From Methanomicrobiales archaeon (GTDB lineage Archaea > Halobacteriota > Methanomicrobia > Methanomicrobiales > Methanoculleaceae), in the NCBI GenBank assembly GCA_012797575.1, contig JAAZOW010000188.1, positions 1-46,388 on the forward strand: a stretch of 46,388 nt of DNA, given 5' to 3'. The notes beneath the pieces are model-generated. The model was given only the letters and a program-made list of their open reading frames with translations, ran no database searches and had not been told where the DNA came from. Positions 1-8,800 of this stretch are shown here, one piece after another (position 1 is the stretch's first letter; each line of letters begins with the position of its first letter). The position numbers were made by a program, and so were the translations under genes.

Positions 1-558
1 CTGTTCCCCGGGGTAGATCTTCAGGGTATCGTGCTTCTTGATGCCGCCCCGCACGATGCCGCCGAGGATGACCGTCCCGATACCGCGGACGTTGAAGTGG
101 TGATCGATGGGGATCGATCCCACGGTGCCGGCACCGGGTCGGACGGAGGCGCGGGTGTGCGCCTCCGCGAGCAGGCGATCACGGAGCGCGATCGGGTCTT
201 CGTCCACGAACTCATAGCGCTCGAGCACCGTTCCCCGGAGGAATGGCATGAGATCTTCAGGGACGAGGTAGTTTTGAAGGACGATGTAGCCCCGCCCCAC
301 ACCTACCTCATCGAGCATCAGCACCCACTCCCCGAAGATCGGTGTAATCTCGCTCACCACGATGAGGGCTGCATCAGCCATCGACGCCGCATAGAAGAGC
401 GGGGCCAGCCGTTCGGGATATCGGGTCGGCTCTATGAAGGTGACGGTGTCATCGCCCTTCTTCAGGTTGTAAAACACGATATCGGAAGCCGTGCCTCTCT
501 TCCCGAGGCTCTTCGCGTAGCCTTCGGGTCCCAGCACGGCGACATTCAGGTTGCCCAT
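1..558 (-). CDS. SelB/EF-Tu-like protein (archaeal SelBL-type), 3' end runs off window
   Basis: Manual minus-strand translation from ATG 558: MGNLNVAVLGPEGYAKSLGKRGTASDIVFYNLKK...PIDHHFNVRGIGTVILGGIVRGGIKKHDTLKIYPGEQ. IDxxFxVxGxGTV is the EF-Tu/SelB domain II signature; the P-loop is degenerate. Missing from the ORF track because it is open at the window edge. Alternative ATG at 570. Confidence 0.85.
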   Translation of the reverse strand, partial: MGNLNVAVLGPEGYAKSLGKRGTASDIVFYNLKKGDDTVTFIEPTRYPERLAPLFYAASMADAALIVVSEITPIFGEWVLMLDEVGVGRGYIVLQNYLVPEDLMPFLRGTVLERYEFVDEDPIALRDRLLAEAHTRASVRPGAGTVGSIPIDHHFNVRGIGTVILGGIVRGGIKKHDTLKIYPGEQ

Positions 559-741
559 ATTCCAGATCATTTGGTCATCCAGAAGGATGAGTCTTGCTCT
601 GCACCAGAGTGTCTCATGCCCCCCGCGCGCCTCTGGGTTTGCCCCACGCCAAAACCCCTTGAAGGAAGGGGAGCCGGGCACGCGCACCGCATTGCTAACC
701 AAATGGGTTTTAACAAGGTAAATTTAACTTTACTATGCTCT

Positions 742-1692
742 ATGCGGAGAACGGCATCGATCACGATCCTGGCCCTCATCGGCATACTCCTTGCCAGCAT
801 GGCCTGTGCTATCATCATGGGACCGGCCAGTATGTCTCTTGGATCCCTGATTGCGCTACCAAACGCGTGGAAGATCTTCTGGGATGTCAGGCTGCCGCGG
901 GTGATCGTCGCGGTGCTCGTCGGGTGCGCGCTTGCCGTGGCGGGTACCGCCATGCAGGGGCTGTTCCGGAACTCCATGGCCGACCCCTACATCATCGGCA
1001 CATCGTCCGGCGGGGCGCTTGGCGCCACGCTCTCGATCGTCTTCTTTGCGGGTACAGGAAGACCGGTCTTTGCATTCATAGGGGCGACGGTCGCCACATT
1101 CACCGTCTACACCATCGCCCGTCAGGGCGGAAAGGTTCCGGTCGAGACGCTCCTGCTCTCCGGTGTTGCTCTCTCCATGCTCCTCTCAGCGTTTCTCTCA
1201 TTCCTCATGTACACCGCCGGGCGAAGCCTGCACCAGATCATGTTCTGGTTGATGGGCGGCTTCTGGAACGTCTCGTGGGATGATGTCCTCATCGCCACCC
1301 TCATTCCGATCGGGTGCCTGGCCATCTATTTCTACGCCCGTGATATGAACATCATATCGCTCGGGGAGGAGGATGCGATCCATCTCGGCGTGAACGTCGA
1401 GCGGCTAAAACAGCTCCTCCTCTTTGCAAGCGCCTTCCTGGCCGGCATCGCGGTCTCGATCGCAGGAGCGATCGGGTTCATCGGTCTGATCACCCCGCAC
1501 GTGATGCGCCTGATCGTCGGACCTGATCATCGTATTCTCCTCCCCGCAGCAGCACTTGCGGGAGGGATCCTTCTCCTCTGGTCTGATACGCTTACAAGGA
1601 CGTTTGCAGGTGATATGCCGGTCGGGATCATCACCTCCTGCTTTGGCGCACCGTTCTTCATATACCTCCTGCGGAGTCGGATGAAAGCATGA
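742..1692 (+). CDS. btuC: FecCD/BtuC-family ABC permease (cobalamin/Fe-complex)
   Basis: RLPRV, GLFRNSMADPYIIGTSSG, SLGEEDAIHLGVNV and GAIGFIGLITPH motifs. Start moved to ATG 742 because the upstream extension overlaps the minus-strand gene. Confidence 0.9.
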   Translation: MRRTASITILALIGILLASMACAIIMGPASMSLGSLIALPNAWKIFWDVRLPRVIVAVLVGCALAVAGTAMQGLFRNSMADPYIIGTSSGGALGATLSIVFFAGTGRPVFAFIGATVATFTVYTIARQGGKVPVETLLLSGVALSMLLSAFLSFLMYTAGRSLHQIMFWLMGGFWNVSWDDVLIATLIPIGCLAIYFYARDMNIISLGEEDAIHLGVNVERLKQLLLFASAFLAGIAVSIAGAIGFIGLITPHVMRLIVGPDHRILLPAAALAGGILLLWSDTLTRTFAGDMPVGIITSCFGAPFFIYLLRSRMKA

Positions 1693-2933
1693 AACCAGTC
1701 GAGGTCATCGGTATCGATGTCTCCTACGGCGCAAAGAAGATCCTCGAGACCATATCGCTGCACGTCGAGAAGGGTGAGATCCTCGGGATCATCGGGCCGA
1801 ACGGGGCCGGGAAGACGACGCTCATCAAGGCGATGAGCCGGATAGTCGCGCCTGAGAATGGGGAGATCCATCTCAATGATCGGAACCTGGATTCTTTCAG
1901 CTTCCGTGAGCTGGCCCAAAAGATCGCTGTCGTGCCGCAGGGGTTCTCGATCAGTTTCGATTATACCGTGCGCGATGTCGTCATGATGGGGAGGCATCCC
2001 TACATCGGGAGGCTCTCCTCCGCGACACCCCGGGACCTGGAGATCTGTGACCATGTCATGCGGCTTGCAAATGTCACACACCTCGCCGCCTCATCGGTCA
2101 ACGAGATCAGCGGCGGCGAGCGACAGCGGGTGCTCATCGCCCGGGCGCTCGCTCAGGAACCCCGGATCCTTCTCCTTGACGAGGCGACATCGAACCTCGA
2201 TATCAGCCACCGGATTGAGATCTTGAATATCATCAGGGATCTCTCTACTGAGGTCACTGTGATAAGCGTCTTTCACGACCTGAACCTGGCGGCCTATTAC
2301 TGCGATCGCCTGATCATGTTGAAAGATCGGCGGGTGTTTGCCGCCGGAGAGCCGCAGGATGTGCTGACGCAAGAGACGATCCATGCGGTGTACGGGATCG
2401 ACGTCCTGGTAAAGACCCACCCACTGACTGGTAAACCCTACATCCTCCCTGTGTATGGGCATACCCCGGACCGCCAGCCCAGGAGGGGTGTACATGTCAC
2501 GTGTGGCGGGGGCACGGGGTCTGACCTCCTCTATGCCCTCCACAGGGAGGGATTTCGGGTGAGCACCGGTGTGCTCAACCTCTTGGATACCGATTATGCA
2601 ACCGCGACGGCTCTGGGTATCCCCTGCATCACCGAAGCGCCGTTTGCTGCGATCTCTTCCGACGCACGCGCTGCCCTCCGGCAACGGATCGACGCCGCGC
2701 ACGCCATCATCGTCACCGCGATGCCCATTGGGCCGGGGAACATCGAGAATATAAGGATACTGAAGGATTACCCCGATAAACCCATCATACTCCTCTGCGG
2801 CGGTGTGAGCCCATCCTTCGAGGATCACACCGGGGGCGAGGCTGATGCGATCATCCGTGAACTGCTCGGCCGGGGGGCGGTCAGGGCGGGGCGGATCGAT
2901 GAGGTTCTGCGGATCCTCAAAGCGATGGATTGA
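1689..2933 (+). CDS. btuD: ABC ATP-binding subunit (BtuD/FepC family) with C-terminal extension
   Basis: Walker A GPNGAGKT, signature SGGERQR, Walker B LLLDE; 4-nt overlap with the permease. Confidence 0.9.
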   Translation: MKPVEVIGIDVSYGAKKILETISLHVEKGEILGIIGPNGAGKTTLIKAMSRIVAPENGEIHLNDRNLDSFSFRELAQKIAVVPQGFSISFDYTVRDVVMMGRHPYIGRLSSATPRDLEICDHVMRLANVTHLAASSVNEISGGERQRVLIARALAQEPRILLLDEATSNLDISHRIEILNIIRDLSTEVTVISVFHDLNLAAYYCDRLIMLKDRRVFAAGEPQDVLTQETIHAVYGIDVLVKTHPLTGKPYILPVYGHTPDRQPRRGVHVTCGGGTGSDLLYALHREGFRVSTGVLNLLDTDYATATALGIPCITEAPFAAISSDARAALRQRIDAAHAIIVTAMPIGPGNIENIRILKDYPDKPIILLCGGVSPSFEDHTGGEADAIIRELLGRGAVRAGRIDEVLRILKAMD

Positions 2934-3071
2934 TCTCTGGATGCGGTCAGGGGCATCCAGAAGAGATCGGAGCGGTGAGATTGCATGCAGGCGCCAGACG
3001 CTCAAGTGAGATCTCAGGTGGTCAGTTGCCTCGCAGTGCTCCATGTCTCTTACTCCTCTAAGATCGCTGGG

Positions 3072-3483
3072 TAGTGCATCGCATCACCGTATCTTCGAAG
3101 GTTTTGATGCGTGAGGTGCAGTGCCAACAATCACGCGGAGTGAGGGTAGTGGCCTGGTTTTGCGAGGTCTCCCCCCCTCCTTTCAATATGCCCCCACCCC
3201 GCCCGGCTCATCGCACCTCCTCCCCCGCCCCGAGGGGGCGAGGGCAGTCGTGGTGATACCCGGGGGGGGCCGTATCATCAGACACTGGGCCGTGGGAGGT
3301 ATACACCCGTGGGGGTGGGGCAGACGGGGATGGAGCAAAAAGCTCCCTCCCCTGTCTCTGGCATCAATATGCCCCCACTCCGCCCTCTCCCCGGGCAGAG
3401 TGGCCTCACGCGAAACTACAAAGGGCGCGAAGAGGAGAAAACACCCCTGAGGATCTCTGAAGATAAGATGACAACGAGCAGTA
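3072..3483. mobile_element. MITE-like modular intergenic repeat, copy 1
   Basis: Starts TAGTGCATCGCATCACCGTATCTTC and ends GACAACGAGCAGTA; shares arms and modules with copies at 3855, 41390 and 45967; no transposase. Confidence 0.75.
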
Positions 3484-3519
3484 GGGCACTACCGAAGATA
3501 AGTGTCGGGGGGATCCCGA

Positions 3520-3711
3520 TCAGACCTTGTAGGCCACGAGCGAGAGGCCTAGACGGCTCTCAAGTTCCTGGATCTGTCTGAGATCCCCCTCATTCAGCTC
3601 TGCATATGCCGGCTTTGCATATGCTACGATCGTTACACCGAGTTCCTCTTCACAGCGTTGCACCTGCTTCACCTGTTCAGGTGCCAGATCTGCATACCTC
3701 GCAGTGATCAT
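3520..3711 (-). CDS. Small 63-aa two-repeat hypothetical protein
   Basis: Internal duplication YADL..EQVKQVQRCEEELGVTIVAY / YAEL..GDLRQIQELESRLGLSLVAY; TATA-like element at ~3744-3753. Confidence 0.8.
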   Translation of the reverse strand: MITARYADLAPEQVKQVQRCEEELGVTIVAYAKPAYAELNEGDLRQIQELESRLGLSLVAYKV

Positions 3712-3854
3712 GATTCTGATCCCGGACTACTGGTAGTTATTGGGTATATTATAGGTTGCGGAGGGGCAAGACTCCGCATATGGAGGGGGGCGCTGAGAGG
3801 TTCCAGATGTTTTTCCGGATCGTGAGTGCGACAGCCATCATTGCTGGCAGACCT

Positions 3855-4265
3855 TAGTGCATCGCATCACCGTATCTTCAAAGATTTCGATGCGTAAGAT
3901 GTAACGCCAACAATCACGCGTAATGACGACAATGACCTGGTTTTACGAGGTTTCCCCCTTCTTTCAATATGCCGGTATCCCCCATCCCGCCCGAACCGGT
4001 GGCAGTCGTGGTGATACCTGAGGAGGGGCGTATTCGGGAGAGCGAACCCACACACCAGCTCCCCCTTCAGGTTCTCCCCCTACACTGAGCCGTGGGAGGT
4101 ATCTTCACGGGGGAGGGGCAGACGGGGATGGAGCAAAAAGCTCCCTCCCCTGTCTCTGGCATCAATATACCCCCACCCCGCCCTCTCCCCGGGCAGAGTG
4201 GCGCCAGAGAAGCCAGAGGAATACCCCCGAAGATCTCTCGAATGTATGATTGACAACGAGCACTA
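3855..4265. mobile_element. MITE-like modular intergenic repeat, copy 2
   Basis: TAGTGC...GCACTA inverted termini; arms and internal hairpin module nearly identical to copy 1. Confidence 0.8.
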
Positions 4266-4431
4266 TCAGGTTTGACTGGAGATTACACCGGTGAGGGGAG
4301 CATGTGTGCTTCTGGATGGATCGGCCTTTGCGTGGTGCCGGCCGGATCGGGAGGCCTGCTGGCACACCAATTGCTTCTCCGCAACGGGTGGATATGTAGA
4401 TGTTTATCCCCGAAAGTGCAATGTACCTGGG

Positions 4432-5478
4432 ATGATGAAAGCCAGATGCCTGTTGTTCTCTCTTGGACTGATCGTCTTTGCGGCGGTCTTCATCGGTGCG
4501 GTAAGCGCATCAGACCTGGTGCCGACAGGGGATGCCGGAAGGACTGTGACGGTGATCGATGGCCTCGGGGAGACCGTCACCATCCAGGGGATACCGCAGA
4601 GGATCGTCTCGCTCGCGCCTTCCAATACCGAGATTCTGTATGCTATCGGTCTTGAAGACCGGATCGTCGGTGTCACCGACTACTGCGATTACCCTCCGGC
4701 AGCCGCCGATAAAGAGAGGATCGGCGGATACAACACCATCAGCGTCGAGAAGGTGCTCGCAGCCGATCCGGACCTTATCCTTGCTGCCCCCGGCAGCACT
4801 GAGGAGGTGGTCAACCGCCTGCGAGCCCTCGGTATGACTGTTGTCACCCTCTATCCGGAGACGATCGATGATGTCCTGCAGGATATCGACCTTCTTGGGA
4901 GGGTGACCGGGCAGGAAGAGCAGGCGGCGGCGTGTGTTGAGGGGTTGCAGGAGCGCATCAGCGTGGTTGCCGAAGGGGTGGATGGCCAGGGAGAGAAGCC
5001 GTCGGTTGTCCATGTCGTCTGGCACGATCCGATCTGGATCAGCGGCGACGGGACGTTCCAGAACGAGGTTATCACGGCAGCGGGGGGGACCAATGCGTTT
5101 GGCTCGGTCGATGAGTGGGGTATCGTCAGCCTTGAGGAGTTCATCGCAACCGATCCAGACCTCATCCTTGTGAGTTCAGGAACCGGCATGACCGAGGAAG
5201 GACATGATGTCATCCAGGACTACTTCCTGAATGAACCCCGGATGCAGGGACTAAAAGCCGTCCAGAGCGGTCACGTCTATGTCATCGACACCGATATCAT
5301 CAGTCGAGGTGGCCCCCGGATCGTGGATGCGCTGGAAGAGGTAGCGGCCATCCTCCATCCGGGCACCTTCGGGGCAGGTGCGCCAATGGCAGCCCAGACG
5401 GTCCAATCACCGGGATTTGGTGCTATGGCGCTTGTGGGCGCACTGTTCGGCGTCTTCCTGTTCAGAGCGAAGAAATAG
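4432..5478 (+). CDS. BtuF-like ABC substrate-binding protein with PGF-CTERM anchor
   Basis: Signal peptide; PQRIVSLAPSNTEILYAIG, GVTDYCDYP and ISRGGPRIVDALE motifs; C-terminal QSPGFG + hydrophobic stretch + RAKK. Confidence 0.88.
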   Translation: MMKARCLLFSLGLIVFAAVFIGAVSASDLVPTGDAGRTVTVIDGLGETVTIQGIPQRIVSLAPSNTEILYAIGLEDRIVGVTDYCDYPPAAADKERIGGYNTISVEKVLAADPDLILAAPGSTEEVVNRLRALGMTVVTLYPETIDDVLQDIDLLGRVTGQEEQAAACVEGLQERISVVAEGVDGQGEKPSVVHVVWHDPIWISGDGTFQNEVITAAGGTNAFGSVDEWGIVSLEEFIATDPDLILVSSGTGMTEEGHDVIQDYFLNEPRMQGLKAVQSGHVYVIDTDIISRGGPRIVDALEEVAAILHPGTFGAGAPMAAQTVQSPGFGAMALVGALFGVFLFRAKK

Positions 5479-5646
5479 GGCCAGAACAACAGATATTGGA
5501 GAGCGGGTGCGGCCCGCGGCCCTGCATGCCGGTCATGCCCATCGAGACAGACTCGACTGCGCGCGGTGCCCCCCGGCCAGGCGGGTCAGCGATCCCGCCC
5601 CACTCTTTTTCAGAGATGATGATGCTCGATCGGGTCAGAGATATCC

Positions 5647-5690
5647 GTGAACTACCCCGCGCTCGCGGGCGGGGTCTTCCCGCTACGCCC
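5647..5690. mobile_element. Isolated IS200/IS605-type end hairpin (remnant)
   Basis: GTGAACTACCCCGC-GCTCGCGG-GCGGGGTCTTCCCGCT resembles the GT(C/G)AACTACCCC...GGGG.CTT subterminal hairpin of IS200/IS605 ends; no tnpA/tnpB nearby. Confidence 0.5.
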
Positions 5691-5784
5691 CCTTCACCCC
5701 CGAAAGATAAACGATGTGCCGGCATCATACCGTCTCCCCTGGTACCTGGGAAGAACAAATAACTTAGTGGTAACTAAAAATCAT

Positions 5785-5810
5785 TTTATAAAGTTTTATT
5801 ACATTAAAAC
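5785..5810 (+). promoter_or_regulatory. TATA box and adjacent palindrome upstream of the surface-protein operon
   Basis: TTTATAAA (5785-5792) followed by GTTTTA-N6-TAAAAC (5793-5810), 16 nt before ATG 5827. Confidence 0.5.
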
Positions 5811-5826
5811 AACTGTACTTGTACTA

Positions 5827-8800
5827 ATGAAATTGAATCGATCTCTACTCATCATTGGGGCTGTATTGCTCTTGCTCCTGCCTGTCGGGGCGGCGAGCGC
5901 ATCATACCCGATGTTTCATCACGATGAGCAACGGACCGGCTACGTACCTGAAGACGGGCCGCAGACGAACGCCATCCTCTGGGTGGCAGAGACCGCTGAA
6001 TTTGCCGACGGTTCACCGGCGGTGCATAACGGAAAGGTCTTCGTCCCGACCTGGCCGGACATGGATTTCAATAAGATCGGTAAAATGGGACTCGTCTGTT
6101 ACGATGCCACCACAGGTGTTGAACTCTGGACGAACGAGCTCGGTGGCACCGATGTCGGCTCGGTCTCGGGCGCCGCCATCGCCGATGGGCAGGTCTATCT
6201 CGGCGGGACCGATGGGCGACTCTACTGTATTGATGAAGAGACGGGAGAGAAGCTCTGGGTAAGCGACCAGATCGATACGACCGGCTACTTCGGGCTTACA
6301 TCCTCGCCCCTTGCCTACGGAGAGATGATCTATGCTCTTTCAGCCTCCGACGGCGTGCTGCACGCCTTTAGATCTGATGGATCCGTGGCGTGGACCTTTG
6401 AGACCGGTAACGGTGTGCTCTCCTTCACCTCCCCTGCAGGCTACGATGGTAGGATATACTGTGCAGGAAGCAGAAGCCAGATCTTCTGCATCGATCCCGC
6501 GACGCCGCAGAGCCCTGTCTGGACCTTCAGCCAGGGCGGGTCGGTGAAGTCTTCGCCGGTCATCGGCGAGGACGGGACCGTCTACTTCACCACAAATTCG
6601 CGGTGTTACGCCCTCGACGGCACCACCGGCACGGAGCTATGGAACAGCTTTGTGACCGGAACGGCGGCGACCCCTGCCCTTGCCAACGGGCGCATCTATG
6701 TTGGGGCCTATGATGGTCTCCACTGCCTCGATGCGCCGACCGGTGAGGGGGTATGGCACTTCCCGGCAGGTGAAGTGAACGTTGCACCGGTCGTAGCAGG
6801 AAACCTCGTCTATGCCGCGACCAATGAGAAGACTGGTACTGTATATGCGGTGGATTCCGGGACTGGCGAAGAGGTCTGGTCATATACCCTCGACGCTCCG
6901 GATGGCGGTGTGTTTGCTGCATTCTTTGCCTCCTCACCTGCGGTATCTGACGGTGTCCTCTACATCGGCGCCGAAAATAACCGTTTCTACGCCTTCGGGG
7001 AAGGATCAGTACCAGAGCCTGGATTTACCGGGTGGAGCGGAACGGTGCGCTTCACGGACGGCCAGACCTTCGCGGTCACCCCGTTCAACAACGAGAGCAC
7101 TACCTACACGATCAGCCGGACTTCAGCCCTCGGGGCTCTCGATGCCGCTGCAGCAAAAGGCGGGTTTAACTACACAATCCAGGAGACCGATTTTGGTCCG
7201 TTCCTCTACTCCATCGGCGATATCGCCTACAACGAGACCTCCTGGGACTCCTGGCTCTACTCGGTCAACGGGGTGCCTGCTGAGGTTGGGGCAGCAGACT
7301 ACCCCCTCACCGACGGTGATGTCGTCACGTATTGGTATGGAGCATGGGGGTCCACCCCGGAGGCTGCCAGTGCGGTGGTCACCATCACCGCCTCCATTCC
7401 AGTCTCGCCTGAACCAGCGTCTGTGCTATGGAACGGGACCGTAGCCCTGACAAAAGGAGAGACCTTCCTGTTCACTCCCTCAAACAACGCCTCAGCCTCG
7501 TACACGATCGACCGAACCACCGACCTCGGGGCTCTCGCGTTTGCAGCAGGGGCGGGGAACTTCACCCTCAACGCCTCTGACTCCTGGTATGCATCCATGA
7601 AGTCGTTCTTCCTTGAGGATATCGCGGGAATCGCAAACAAGGATTGGACGCAAGAAAACGCACGATCCTGGAGTATCTTCATCAATGGCGCGCCAGCACC
7701 TGCAGGACTCGGGGCGAACGCCCTCACCGACGGTGACCGGGTTGCCTTCTACTACTGCCCCTCGGATCCGATCACCTATGCGCCGCTCATCGATCAGGCT
7801 GATCACGTCATACTCATCGATATAGCCGTCCGCGACTTTGCGTGGGAGGGTTCGGTCAGCCTGGTCAACGGCCAGACCTTCGCGGTCACCCCGTTCAACA
7901 ACGAGAGCACTACCTACACGATCAGCCGGACTTCAGCCCTCGGTGCTCTCGATGCCGCTACAGCAAAAGGCGGGTTTAACTACACAATCCAGGAGACCGA
8001 CTTTGGTCCGTTCCTCTACTCCATCGGTGATATCGCCTACAACGAGACCTCCTGGGATTCCTGGCTCTACTCGGTCAACGGGGTGCCCGCCGAGGTTGGG
8101 GCAGCAGACTACTCCCTCACCGACGGTGATGTCGTCACGTATTGGTATGGAGCATGGGGGTCCACCCCGGAGGCTGCCAGTGCGGTGGTCACCATCACCG
8201 CCTCCATCACGAAACCTGGGGGCAATGGTGGCGGAGATGACAGCGGAGGCGACTCTTCACCCTCCTGGATCACCGTGACCCTTGAATCCGGGACGTTCCC
8301 TCTCACCGCAGAGAACAGCAAAAAAATCTATGACGTCAACCGGCAGACAGCGCTCGGGGCGCTGGACGCAGCTGGGGTCGGGTATACCATCGACGACTCC
8401 TATTACCAGCAGTATGGATCGCTCTTTATAGACTCTGTCAAGGGAAGGAAGAACGAAGGAACGAAGGGCTGGATGTACCAGGTGAATGGTGCAACCTCCA
8501 GCGTCGGTGCCAATGCGCAGGCTGTCAGAGACGGCGACGAAGTTATCTTCTTCTGGAGTGAGAGCATGAGTGCAACTCCGGCGACCTCAACGGATGTCAT
8601 CTCCATCAAGGTCGTGATCCGGGGGTCATCCGGCGGCTCCAGCCCCGACTCATCCAGCGGAGAGAGTTCCGGTTCATCGCCCTCTCCTGCTGGCGGTGAT
8701 CCCGCGGATGGTGGTGATCAGGGCTCCGCGTCATTCCTCTTCAGGTTGCCGACCGGAGTCACCATTGAGCTCGGGGAGTGGGGTCAGGCCTTCTCGGTCG

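Noticed and set aside
31-741. 237-aa N-terminal extension of the permease in the ORF track
   Set aside because: It is the antisense shadow of the SelB-like gene plus promoter DNA; permease similarity starts at ATG 742.
3074-3581. ORFs within repeat copies (also 3867-4055, 4162-4365, 45987-46301)
   Set aside because: Low-complexity Pro/Gly/Arg translations whose frames are not conserved between copies.
4266-4431. Possible cobalamin riboswitch before the BtuF-like gene
   Set aside because: B12-box and GGGAA/GCCACTG core motifs not found; an Infernal search would be decisive.
5647-5826. 60-aa N-terminal extension of the surface protein
   Set aside because: Covers the IS-like hairpin and TATA box; the signal peptide starts at 5827.
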